Shown: one piece after another, positions 42,801-56,609 of the stretch
How positions within the stretch are numbered: the stretch's first letter is position 1
Layout: the number at the start of each line of letters is the position of its first letter
NCBI RefSeq assembly: GCF_009914755.1
Contig: NC_060936.1
Length of the DNA: 64,000 nucleotides
Strand: one strand, 5' to 3'
Origin: the human T2T-CHM13v2.0 reference genome, Homo sapiens
Position numbers and translations under genes: made by a program
The notes under the pieces: model-generated
Told to the model about the DNA's origin: nothing
Database searches by the model: none
What the model saw: only the letters and a program-made list of their open reading frames with translations

Positions 42801-44597
42801 GTCTTGCAATCCATGAACATGAAATATCTTATAGCATTTTTTGTATTGATTTGCAGCATTACTCTCTTCTTATTTATTTCAGCAATATTTTTTTGCTTTT
42901 AGTGTGCAAGTCTTTTGCTTCTTTGGTTAAGTTTATACCTAAGTAATTTATTATTTTCGATGCTATTGTAAATTGAATTGTTTTCTTAATTTTCTTTTCA
43001 GATTATTATTTTGCAGTGTATAGAAACGCAACCGATTTTTTGTCTATTGATTTTGTGTCCTGCAGCTTTGCTGAAATTGTTTATTAGTTCTAACGATATT
43101 TTTGTTGAGTCTTTAGTGTTTTCTATATATGAGATTATATCTGTAAACAAAGATAATTTTACTTCTCCCTTTTAGATGCAGGTCTTTTTTTCCCCTTTGC
43201 TTAATTGCTGAGGCTAGGACTTTCATTTCTGAGTTTAATAGAACAGAGGTGAGAGTGAATATTCTTGTTTTATTCCTGATCTTAGAGAAAAAGCTTTCAG
43301 TTTTCACCATTGAGTGTGACGCTTAGGGATGCATTTTTCACATATGGCCTTTATTATGTTAAGGTAGTTTACTCCTCATCCTAATTGGTTGAGTGTGATT
43401 TTTTTTCTCTTTTATTGTGGTAAAATATACATAACATAAAATGTATTCTTTTAACCATTTTTAAGTACAGTTCAAGAATATTAAGTGCATTCATATTGTT
43501 GTGCCTTCATTATCAAACAGTTATCTCCAGATCTCATTTCATATTGCAAAACTGAAACTCTATAGCCCGTCAAAAATTACTCTTCGTTACTCCCTTCCTA
43601 TAGCCCTTGGCAACCACCATTCTACTTTCTTTCCTTATGATTTTAACTACACTAAGTACTACATACAACTAGAATCATACAGTATTTTTTTCGGGAGTGG
43701 CTTATTTTATTTAGCCTAATGTCCTCAAGATTTATCATGTTGTAGCATATGTCAAAATTTTCTTTTTTTCTAAGTCTGTCTATAAAAGATAAACTTAATT
43801 CTGTCATTTTAAAGTGCGTTTTCTGTAAGACTTAGAGCTTTCTTGTCTGAATTTCCTGCAATACTCTTTTCCTTTGTTTTTATTTAATTTTTTTTTGTAG
43901 TGAAACAGTCAAATTTCTTTCTCATTTTCTTTTGTGTATATTCTGTAACTATCTTTTGTGTGGTTAACATAGGAATTAGATTTTAAATTCTAAAGCTAAA
44001 ACACACTAGTTTGGATTTATACCTGCTTAACTTCAGTATATACAGAATCTTTGCCCCTTTACATCCCTTTCACCACTTCTTACAGTTGCTGATGTCACAA
44101 AATTACATTGTGTGTCCAAAACATAAACCAACAATTTTTAAAATGCATTAGTCTCTTAAATTATGTACAAAATAAAATGTGGAGTTATAAACCAAAGTTG
44201 CAGTAATACTGCTTTCAAGAATAATTGTTTTTCTAAAAAATGCATTAATCTCTTTAATTATGTAGAAAATATAAAATAGATTTACAAACTCTTATTGCAA
44301 AACTACTAGCTTTTATAATTTCTCATATATTTACTTTTACTGCGATCTTTGTTTCTTTATATCACTTCAAGTATTCTCTAGAGTCTTTTAATTTCAACTT
44401 GCAGGAATCCTTTCAGCATTGAATGTAAGTTTGGTTCTTCTTTTTTCCTTCCCAAGGTCGAAGTCATGTATTAGAAGTTTTCACCCAATTTTGCTGAGCT
44501 ATGTCAGCTTGCAGGAGGGACAATTGTGGATAAAATAAAATAGCTTTTCTTACTTGTTAATTTAATGTGGCTATTGTTTGCTTTGTGCTTGTCTGGA

Positions 44598-45152
44598 TAT
44601 ATTAGTCAGGGTTCTCTAAAGGGACAGAACTAATAGGGTAAATAAATATATGAAGAGGAGTTTATTAGGAGAATTGACTCACACAATCACAAGGTGAACT
44701 CCCACAATAGGCAGTCTGCAAGCTGAGGAGCCAGGAAGCCAGTCTGAGTTCCAAAGCCTCAAAAACAGGGAAGCCAATAGTGCAGCCTTCAGTCTCTGGC
44801 CAAAGGTCTGCAAGCCCCTGGCAAATCACTGGTGTAAGTCCAAGAGTTCAAAAGCTGAATAACTTAGAGTCTGATGTTCGAGGACAGGAAGCATCCAGCA
44901 TGGGAGAAAGGGAAGCCAGAAGACAGCCAGTCTAGCCCTTCCACATTCTTCTGCCTGCTTTTCATTCCAGCCATGCTGGCAGCTGATTAGATTGTGCCCA
45001 CCCAGACTGAGGGTGGGTCTGCCTCTCCTAGTCCATTGACTCAAATGTTAATCTCTTTTGGCAACACCCTCACAGACACACTCAGGAACATTACTTTGCA
45101 TCCTTTGAATTCTTTAATCCAATCAAGTTGACACTCAGTATTAACCATTACA
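44598..45152 (-). mobile_element. MLT2A-like (HERV-L) solo LTR
   Basis: ATTAGTCAGGGTTCTCTA.AGGGACAGAACTAATAG...CAAGTTGACACTCAGTATTAACCATTACA; near-TSD CTGGA/CTGGG. Confidence 0.9.
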
Positions 45153-45401
45153 CTGGGGTATTGCAACTTCTTAATTGGTGTCTGGAATTCTCATGAAGGC
45201 TTTGGATTGCATATTGTTTTTAAGTCGTTGTCTCTGTGGAGGACACCAAGATCTGTGGCTTTCCATTCTACCTCTTGCATGAAACAGAGGATGCCTTTTA
45301 TATGACTTACTTTGCTTTCTGCTCTCAAATTTCTTTCTTTGTCTTTCAATAATTTGATTGTAATGTGTTTCAGTGTGGATCCCTTTGAGTTTATTTTAGA
45401 G

Positions 45402-45686
45402 TTAGTGGGCCTATTTATATGTGTAGATGTACGTCTTCCATCAAATTCAGGAAGTTTTAGGTCATTAGTTCTTCAAATGTTCTTTCTGTCTTTTTCTTTC
45501 CTCTTCTCTGGGACTGCTATTATAAATTTGTTGGTATTTGTTGTTACTAGTTGGACTATTTGTAGGTGTAGACATATGTCTTCCATCAAATTTGGGAAGT
45601 TTTAGGTTATTATTTCTTCAAATGTTCTTTTTGTCTTTTCCCATCTCTCCTCTTCTCTGGGACTGCTATTATAAATATGTTGGTAC
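45402..45686. repeat. Diverged ~140-bp tandem duplication inside L1M
   Basis: GTCTTCCATCAAATT..GGAAGTTTTAGGT.ATT..TTCTTCAAATGTTCTTT...CCTCTTCTCTGGGACTGCTATTATAAAT.TGTTGGTA occurs twice. Confidence 0.85.
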
Positions 45687-46553
45687 ACTTGATGGTGTCC
45701 CACAAGTCTCATAGGCTTTTATTTTTCTTCATTCTTCTTTTATTTTTACTCCTCAAGACAGATAGTCTCAATTGACCTATCATCATGTTCTCTGATTTTT
45801 TTTCTTATTACTGTTCAAATTTGTTGTTGATATCTGTTAGTGATTTTTTTCACATCAGTTATTATACATTCCTGCTCCAGAATTTTTGTTTCCTTTTTAT
45901 AATTTCTATCTCTATTGTTTTTCTTCATTTGCTAAGACATCATTCTTCTTATTTCATTTAGTTCTTTGTTCATGGTTTCATTTAGCTCTCTGGGCTTATT
46001 TAAGAAAATTAATCTAATGGTTTTCTCTACTACATCCAATATCTGAGTTTTCTCTGAGGCATTTTGTATTAATTTCCTTTTTTCCTGTGAGTAAGCCACA
46101 TATTTTTATTTAATTACATGTCTCATATATTTCTTAAATCAGACATTTGGAATATTACTATGTAATAAATCTTGAAAGAAGATTCTCCCCACCCTCAGGG
46201 TTTACTCTTGCTGCTTATTATGGTTTGTTGTTTGTTTAGCAACTTTTCTAAATTACCTTTGAGAAGACTGCATTCTTTGTGAGTGGCCACAAAGTCTCTC
46301 TTTCTTAGAGTAATGGCTCAGCTAGTGATTTGACAGAAATGCCCTTAAGTTCTTGGAGTTTTTCTTTTCTTAATCTCTCCCTGTCATTTCAGATTTTCTC
46401 CATGTTGGGACACTCCTTCAATGCTTAGCCAGGATGTTTACAACTCTAACTTAGCCATCATTTCCTGTTTACATGTAGTCTAATTGTCAACCAGTGGTAA
46501 AAATTTTTGGTCTTAGTAGTTCTTTACTGACCTTATACTGTGTGTGCACATGA

Positions 46554-47045
<492 letters not shown>

Positions 47046-48355
47046 TGACAAATGTCACCTGAGAAGCCTGTTCATCCCTGAAAAATTCCAAAGTAGGCAA
47101 AACAAAAGCAAGCCCTTGAGCTTAGCTTTCAGGGAGCCACCAGGCATATCAAAGCACACTATTTCAACACTTTGAGGATAAGGTCCTCTATTGCTTCCTT
47201 CACTACCAACAAGTTTTATGAGAAATTTGACAGCTATGTTTGCAGCCACTGATGTGCTGGGGAATGATTTGATTCCAGAGTTTTGAAAAAGGTTATTCAG
47301 GCAGTTTTTTTTTTTTTTTAACCAATAATAGTTGTTTTAGTGGAGGGATAGAGTTTTGGAGTTCCCTACTCTGCCATTTTAAGTAACATCATATCATACC
47401 ACCATCATTTTATTTTCTGATAATTTTTATAAAAATTCTAATTTTATAAATTAATAAACTTATAATTTAAAAACTTCACATGTTTAAATAAAACTCATTG
47501 AAATATACAAACATTTTTCTAGATTGCTTTGAAAATAATTTGTAAATTATCTCTGGACTCTTGAAAAAAGAGCATAGGGTTGTATTTATAAATATTCAAA
47601 TTTTTTTATTTGTGATGTGAACCAAATTCTCTATAGGTTTACTATTAGTTTTTGTTTATTTGTTAGTTTGGTGATGGTTGACCCTGTTGATTTTTGAAAG
47701 ACTGAAAAAATTTATAAAATGTTTTAATACATTTTTGTTGTTTGTAATGTTTCCATGTATTTTTAAAATATACATTTTCTATATTTTGAAGTAATTTTAT
47801 CAGACAAGCAAAAGTTAATGACTTTTATATAATTACATTTTAATTGTGACTAGAACTTTTTATAATTATTAAATTTATTCCTCTATCTTACTTAATGTAT
47901 TTTTTCTTTAAATTCTACTTTGTGTGATATCAATTTTGTCTGAGCACTTTATTTTTATTGTTTGCATTTGCCTAATACATTTTAACCCATCCTTTATATT
48001 TTACCATTCTAGGGTCACTTTATTTGAGATGTATCGCTGATTTAAAAAATGATATTTTAAATCAAATTAATATTTTTTGCCTTTATGTAGACTAGGTGCT
48101 TGAAGCATTGGCATTCAATTTTACAATTTATATTTTCTCTGGTATTGTAGAATAGTGCTTCCTATTTTTTTTTTTCTACACATCAGGAATCATAGAAAAT
48201 ATGATTGCCATTGGTCATGCTGTATTGAATGTGCAAGACCATTTCCAGCCAGAGTAAACTTGCTATTCTTTCCTGGCCCTACTAAGGATAGAGGGGCTCT
48301 ATAAGTTAGCATAACTTAACCCATAACCCATAACCTATTAAGAATAAATTAATGA

Positions 48356-48688
<333 letters not shown>

Positions 48689-48744
48689 AAAATAAATTAA
48701 TGTGCAAACAGTGCATTCTCAGTTTGGGAGTTCTGCTAAATTGG

Positions 48745-49260
48745 CCATTGTTGTTTCATTGCCCAGAATCCACTTACCATTCTTATGGCAGAAGCATCCC
48801 AATGATATTATGAGAAATACGACTTTTTTCCCACTTTCAGTAAATGTTTGAATAGGATTCTCACATTCTTCCCTGGGATTTTAACATATGACTTAGGCCA
48901 AAGCAATCAGGGTAATTATATTACTTTGGTCATAGAGGTTGTATCAGGACGAGACATTAATCCAATCAAAGACAATAAAAGGCAGTGAGTTAATGACTTT
49001 TGTAGTGGCCACCAAAAATATATTTTTCTTGTGGATTTCATGGGGTGAGAGTATAAGATGTGGGGCTTGTGCAGCCATCTTGCTGGCATCTTTCTGTGTG
49101 GCGTGCTTGCTGACGTGCACAAGAATAATGGCTAGCATGTGGATCCTAGGGATGTTGTTTTATGTCTCAGTAGAACCATTCCTCAGCCACCCAATTTTAT
49201 GGGCCAGTCAGTTCCCTAGCCTATTTGTAAGATAGGCAAGCAGTTTTTAGCCTTAATAGT
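48745..49260 (+). mobile_element. Old MaLR (MLT1-type) LTR remnant
   Basis: CATATGACTTAGGCC.AAGCAATCAG...TGGTCA...GCAGCCATCTTG pattern. Confidence 0.5.
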
Positions 49261-49549
49261 GGTTGTTTTTTTTCTTAAAAATTTTAATGTGTTCATTGTT
49301 AATATCAGAAATTAAATACTAATATACATTTTGTGTAAGAAATATCACATGATTAAATAGAAAAATGAGGCATTCTAAATTCAAAATTAGTACGTTAATC
49401 GGTCATTTTGGGGTTGTAGCATTATAATTGTTAAATATTTATATTACTTTGTAATTTCCAACTTTTCTCTAATAAACATTAAATGTTATATAATTGAAAA
49501 TAGAACAACAAATGACCTATATTGTAATGCTGAGAGTGAAACAGACAAT

Positions 49550-51060
49550 TTTAGGCTCAATTACCATACTTGATAGTATAGTTCCCCACTGCCACTCCCA
49601 GAAATCTTGCCTCCTTCATCCATGTAATCCGTAATTTCCAACAGCCACATGATATGTAACCTTACCTATTGTCACTTTGTACATATCGACATTGGCCATA
49701 CTTCTAGGATAAGCCACTTTCAACCAAACTACTTCTTTCATTTTTTCTCTTAGAGTTATTTTTCTTGTTTACTTGATTGAAATTCTTAAGATTTGAATTA
49801 CATACCCCACTCTCTCATCACCTAATCACAATGCTCCACTCAACGTGGGAACTCCAAAATATTCTGACTTGATTAACTTCTTTGCTTCTCCACCATGACA
49901 ATTCTAATTTTGAAAAAAATCATATTTATCCCGGACTACTGAAGTAGCCATAGAACTAGAAAACCTTGTCTTTCTATTACTCCACATATGTTAGAGATGC
50001 AAAAATTCCTTTAACGTACCTGGTTAAAATTATCCAATGTTTTTCTATAGCACTTGAAATAAACTCCTAATTCTAGCTTATAAAGCCCCCTATGTAATCT
50101 GCTTTTTTCCTACTCTTCATATTACCCTTGGACTACCATCCCCTTCTCTCTGGCTCTACTCTAGCCAAATTAGCCTCTTCCCTTTCTTCCTTAAGCCTTT
50201 GGACAAGTTGCATCCTTTGCCCAGAAGACTCTTCCTTCTGGTATTTAAAAAGGTTTGCTTCTTGTCAATTAGTGCACAACTCAACACTTATGTCTTCAGA
50301 GAAGCTTTCAATTGACAATTCAATATAATATATCTCTGAAACAGAAATTTATTCTCCAGAATAGCATGCTTTGTCATTGGATGGTTTCTTAGTTATTTGT
50401 TTAGTTAGCTGTTTATTGTATTATCTCTCAGACTATAAGTTCCATTATGTCTGTCATAGTCTTAAGTGTATATAGAACAGTGCCTATCTTACACTTTGTT
50501 GCATAAATGATTAATGACTGAATAAATGAACAGATCAGTATTCCATAAGAAAATGTTCATAATGTCAATGTAAGAATTAATTTTCCCATCTTTACTGCTA
50601 CATGGCTTCTAAGCATTACTGTGCTATAATGAGATTTGTACATGTCCTTCCTCCCCATTATATCCCATGCAATTTGATGCAAATGAGTGCTTTATTTTCC
50701 CTTCTTTGTACTTCCCAAGGAAGTGCCTTGCACATTACCTTAGTGTCTTAGACATAATGGCCATTCATAAATGTTTGTCTAATTGAATTATGTTGCCTTT
50801 ACAAAATCTTAAGAGCCTCTCATGAGCATTCCTAAGGGAAAGATTTTTCTCTTGGAACCTCTCATGAGTCCTTAGACCAAAATTAATTGCTACTTCCTCT
50901 CTGTTTTCATTGCAATTAGTATATGCTAAGTGTTTTAAACAATATGATTTATATTGTAGAAATTCATCAACATGTCTATTTCCACAGCTAAACTGAGAGA
51001 ATGTTAGCATTGTTTCTTAAATATAACAGTGCACAAAAATATCATTGATAATAAATTGAA
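49550..51060 (+). mobile_element. L2 fragments (3' regions ending in AATGAATAAATGAA-type tails)
   Basis: AAACTCCTAA..CTAGCTTATAAAGCCCCC.ATG.AATCTG; GACTATAAGTTCCAT...AGAACAGTGCCT...ATGACTGAATAAATGAA. Confidence 0.65.
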
Positions 51061-53570
51061 GTAGTATTCAGTTATATGTTCATTGTCATCAAAATATGGG
51101 AGGTCATCATGGAAGACCATTATAATATAAAGATTTTGCAGTCTTTCCAGTTAGTGATTGCTACCAAAGAACAATCATACATAGTTCTTGAAGGATCTTG
51201 ACTATTACAGAACCACCACTCAGTCAGCCAAGCAACTTGCTTGAGAAAACAAAGCTGAAGTTATTTACATGCATTTTGTCTAACCAATCCGTGAAATCTA
51301 TGACAATGAAGTAGAGTCCATAGTTCAGTTTTTGTTTAGGGAAGTATGTGATACAATTCTTTTTTTTCCTTCACTTTAGTATTCTGGTAATAACAGACAA
51401 TCTTCTCAGGAAAGGATAGTTTTTACAAGTATATAATAATTACATTTTCATTAATTTCTAATATGCTTTGTCTTACTCTGAAAAAAAAAAACTAGACTAT
51501 ATACTATCAAAACGAACACATCAAACACAAAAGGAAGTTCAGCACAAATGAAACTTCCTAAACGATATCTACACCTTGGATGATTTTTTAAAGAAACATG
51601 TTCTGGCTCAAACTACCTTCAATATATTCAGGAGGAACAGAAATTGTGCCTTTGAAATATGGAGTTCCACTTTGAGGAAACCCAGTACTCCTTAATGCCC
51701 CTGTGTGACTATGACTTCAACGTTTATTCATCATTCAATTGTTTGTTTGTTTGTTTTTTAATAGACCACTTTTTGCCAGGCACTGCTATTGAATCTGGGA
51801 ATACAGTAGTGAATCGGACAGAGTTGGCCCTAGCTTACAGACATTTTTTATTCTAGTACAAAATTTGAAAGTTTATCATGTACCAGATAAGGCAGGCATT
51901 TCTCTTCAGGCACTTTATCTTTTCTATCCCTTACAAGATGAAGCCACCAAAATTGATGAATGGCATACTTGTCACTGAAACTAGAATAGTGGAAGACACC
52001 AAAGACCATTGTTCCCCTATAAATTAGCCTGGGAATTTTGTAGCCATCCGGACTTTATCTCACTGGTCTGAGAAATCCAACAAGAACAAAGCATTGCAGT
52101 AGCTCTTAGCTGAGATCCAGATTCTCCAGGTGGTAGATTGATGAACTGTGAATAATAAGCAATCATCCAGAATCCCAACAATGCAACCTGTTAGGAAGAA
52201 AGCATACAGATTCAAATTTTATTCTTTTACCTTTCATCCCATGAAGTCACTAGATAGTTCACAATACTAACCATGACCTATAGTGAGCATCTGGCAAAAT
52301 GTCCTCAAATATTTGAGCAAAATTGACGTTTGTTGAGGCCAGACAATTCCTAAGAATTTTAAAATATTGTTCTGTCCATGTTTGATTATAAAGCTCCCCT
52401 GGTCATCACTGTGGTAAATTTTATTTTGGATCTTTCACTTCCTATGGCTGTGGCAACACCTTAGTGGTGGTAAATACTTTTGCCAAGAAGGCAATATCAA
52501 TCCATGCCAGCCATCATTATACAGTTCATATGAAAGTCCATTGTAACGGACATTCAGGAACTAAATGACCTTTACTATTCTTCAGGTTATATTACTTTCT
52601 GGATCAAGTATTCAAACAACTCCATGTCAATCTAGCAAGTATATGACAGAATAAAACAAGCCTGGTATCTATCAAACGGGTCATGAAACAGTGCTTCCAA
52701 TAGATCATTTAAACAGTTTTATAATCTTAGCATTGCAGAATTTGTCTGCCACAATTTACTACTTTTTGTTTTACCCATGACCCTTAGATTCATAATTTGC
52801 TACAACCACTACTTTCCTAGTAGTGCATTTGTATCTGGAAAGGGTACACAATTTTTGGCAAGCAACATCATATTGGACCAAGGGGCAGCACATTAAACAA
52901 TGTGCTAGAGATTGCAGGTGATGTTTATTGTAGGGCATGAGGAGTGGTGTTTGGTTTGAGGTATATTTCAGAGAGAAATACTGCATAGCTGTCTTCCTGG
53001 TGTGTATACTATATATACCATCCACCTTTGCCAAAATCGGGAGAAATTGTACCTCAAGTGTTTCAATGGAATGGAGATCATCAACCTTATGGCCTCATAG
53101 CTTTACCTCCAATCTACTTTATTTTATATCTCTTCTTGGTTTGCCAGAAATATTTTATACAGGAATTACTTACATGATGGCTTAAGTCTGAACATCTACA
53201 GACATTGTGGTTAATGTCAATACATATATATGACCATATGTATTTGTTAATATAATTATTCACATATTTATCCCATTGTCTTTGTGGAGTTTGCAGCTGC
53301 TCACTCTGCATTTTTTTTTCTTCATCATTCCTTCATTGTCTCATGTAAGAATTCCTATACTCCCAGCCATGCTATCCTATTCATCCCATGTGAAAGGAAA
53401 TGCAGAGAGGTTCAGGTAAATTATTACTGACAACTGTTTATCCTGTAACAATTATTATAGAGCAAATTAGCAATATTAGAGACATCAAAACAATTCCAAA
53501 AGAGCTGTATCTTGTACTTGGCATATACTAATTCAAGAGGTCAGTGCTTCTCTGCCAGGGGGTGGCATGT
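51061..53570 (+). mobile_element. Highly decayed Ty3/Gypsy (chromovirus/sushi-like) LTR-retrotransposon pol remnant
   Basis: Collinear manual translation: RT thumb LPKNNHT*FLKDLDYYR (51161-51211); RNase H RLYTIKTNTSN...YLHLG*FFK...AFEIW/FHFEETQYSLMPLCDY (51491-51715); integrase WQNVLKYLSKIDVC*...LPWSSL/VNFILDL/YGCGNTLVVVNTFAKKA (52292-52493), KSIVTD (52534-52551), LSIAEFVCHN (52726-52755), WLKSEHL (53178), WSLQLL, LHHSFIVS (53320); PPT-like tract plus TG at 53557-53570. Confidence 0.75.
51721..51857 (-). mobile_element. L2 3' end inserted within the Gypsy RNase H region
   Basis: TTTATTCATCATTCAA...TGCCAGGCACTG...CTGGGAATACAGTAGTGAAT..GACAGA.TTGGCCCT...ATTCTAGT is the typical antisense L2 terminus. 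Confidence 0.75.
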
Positions 53571-56192
53571 GTATGTACTCTCTTAAGAAATCTGTAAGAT
53601 AAACATCCTTAAAACTTTAATATTGATTAGAAATTTAGCCTATCCATAAAGTGTTGCTTTTTGTCTCTGTAACAAGAGTAATGATTATTACATGATATTA
53701 CTGGATGTGGGGTAAGAGATTGCCAAGTTAATAACTCTAGAAATTTATATTCTTAGACAAGAAATATAGGCACTTGTGAAAGTTTAGGAATTTTTATGGG
53801 GGGCTAGGTGTCATTGCAATAGAGTATCTCACTATACTCTGTAGTGGCACTTAAAGTATCTAAGTAGGAATACTCTACCAATTTAGGGCAAATAATGATG
53901 TAAAGAATGAATTACACAATCTGTAAGCAACCACTGTGTTGAATTTCCTATGGAAAAAAGGCATGATATCACTAGTGCCTTAAGCTTAAACCATTTTGAT
54001 ATGTTATAAACTGGAAATGATAGTGACCTGAATGCTTAAGAAGCACTAGAAACTAGAAAATATGAAAATCTGCAGGTGGAAACCTTAAATATTGCATACT
54101 TCTTTGGCTGGTTCTTTCTTCATGTTGCAAACATCAATTATTAAATACTACCGACATTATTTAAGTAGTCACTTTTAATCATAATATTTTACATGTATAT
54201 TTATACCACCATAATGAAAGGTCCCATTGTGTTTTACAGACTATACATATCTTTATTAGTAAAATGTGGCTATCTTCACTAAAAGCACATTTTTATTCAA
54301 GATAATTGTACAATGCAATAGACATAGATTATGCTAATAGACAAGAGGAAGAACATGAATAAATAAAAGCCATAGATAATCCCCAAATCTAATTTTAACT
54401 ACTATTTTAAATTTTTCTCTTCCACCAAACCTTTATAAGGGCTGCTAACAAGTAATAAAATTGACTGATTGGTATTTCATTTTCCCTTCCTTCTGTTGCT
54501 CACCTATAGGTGGAAATGCTAACAAGCATGGGAATAGGCATGAGACAAGAAGTAAAGGAAAAAGGCAATAGAAGAAGTAAGAGGTAATCCAACACCTGGG
54601 TAATCAGCTCATGAATAACAGAGAATTGACAGAAATGATAACACTTTAAACTCTGTAATCAGTATTCTCAGTGGCCTGGTGGCAAGAAAGAGAACTACTA
54701 TCTTTACAAGAAAAGGGAAGTCCATGATTTTTAAAGGATTTGTGCTACAAACAGGATATTAAGCTTCAGTGCAAAATACCCGGGGTATTTCAACTGGAGA
54801 GTTTAGATCACCTCTAAAATGCCATTCTTACATTGTATAAAGACTCCAAGTTTATAAGCAGTCCTCAATAAACATATATATTTATATTTATATATAGTCA
54901 TGATGTTATCACCACATATAAAATTCACTAACCACAAAATTCAATATTCACAAAATGTGATAAGATGAAATATTTTGGTTTTCTCCAAATTATCTTTCTC
55001 CTTAGCTGCCTGAAGTTACAGATTTTTTTTTTTTGAGACACAGGAAAGTATTGTGAAAAGAATGAATACTTGGATTCAATGACTGCACTCCATCCCAATA
55101 AAAAAGCACATCTATCTATAATCATCTTGCATAGGTACACAGTTTATCAAAGTTATTTTACCATCACTCCTAATGGAGGATTGTGTCTTCAGTTCTTTTT
55201 CCTTGCTCTATCACTGGATTGTATAACACACACAAATAAGGAGGAGTTGGTTGCTTACTGGCAGGAATAGAAACACTGATTATGGCTTCCTCTTAGGTCT
55301 TTTTCAATCTGTTTGTTTTCTGTAATCATTTTATACATGTCTGCCAACAAACCCTCCAATAAGAATTAAATGAAGTTCTTCCACTTATAGAAATTTTACC
55401 TTCCTGGGCCACTAGATATTTACTATATTTCTTAAATATTCTCAAGTAACATTTAAAAAAATTTTTTAAGCATTTTTTTTTCACAGAAGCCAATCACTCT
55501 CTTGCCACCTTCAGGCAAACCCACTTTTGAACGCCCATTTTTACTTTGCAAAGCAATATTTTGACTTCCAGATCTAGAGTCTTAACAATGCCAAAGCAAA
55601 CCATAACTCTCCTGTTACAGAATGCTGAACACTGGAAAATAAGTTAGTGACCTCACCTCTAGATACATGCTTAATATCACACATTTGTATTTTGGGTATT
55701 AAAACTCCTGCATTTGTCACTCCTAATTGGATCCTAAGCAGAAAAAAAGCAGTTCACAGCATGCCCTCTGCGAGCTGTCATAAACAGAAATATGAGGCAG
55801 TGCCAAATCCCCCAAGGATTGACAGCCAATGATTAGGATGTTTTAATTTAGTGGACATACAGAACTTCTTTTGACATCTAAATGGGTAAGTGCCATAAGT
55901 AATCTATTTTTTGCACATATTCAAATTTAGAATGAACAAAAAGTAACTTAAAGTAGCATTTAGAAAAGTATAGTTAGCAGAGAAGTTGATTTCTCCAAAA
56001 ATAATGAATTACCACAACTGAAATAATTAAAATAGGTTATAGATATTTTCTTTCTAAAAAAAAATCATGGTATGAAGGAAACACACGCACATGGAGAGTA
56101 CTGTTTTATTTTTTTATTTTTATTTTTTGCCATGCTCTCTCTTTTGGCTCAGTTACTCACATATCTATAAAATAAATATTTTTTCTTGTTAC

Positions 56193-56409
<217 letters not shown>

Positions 56410-56609
56410 TAAAAAGACATAAATGGGAAAGGTTATAGGTAACCTCTTTTGATTTAGAGAGAGACTGGAAAATGGACAGTTGGAAAGGCCTACTGGAACA
56501 TTGGGTTAGACTGCTAATCAGTTCTATTTTATTGTTATCATTTATTTGAATATACCTATTCTATAAAATTTAAAAAATGGTGTAAAAATTAGGAAATTTT
56601 ACCACTTTT

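Noticed and set aside
44140-44310. Two ~100-bp similar units as a novel repeat array
   Set aside because: They lie inside old L1M sequence, where such tandem units are common; not CRISPR-like and only two copies.
52813-52865. FPSSAFVSGKGTQFLAS as the Gypsy integrase IVSDRGTQF motif
   Set aside because: Spacing fits KSIVTD at 52534-52551 better, and the AEFxxNN-like motif lies upstream of this segment, so it is probably a coincidental look-alike.
52771-53034. Minus-strand ORF (LAHCLMCCPL / FNVLP) as an RTE/L4 or DIRS remnant
   Set aside because: Isolated short matches only; the + strand Gypsy reading explains the region with many collinear motifs.
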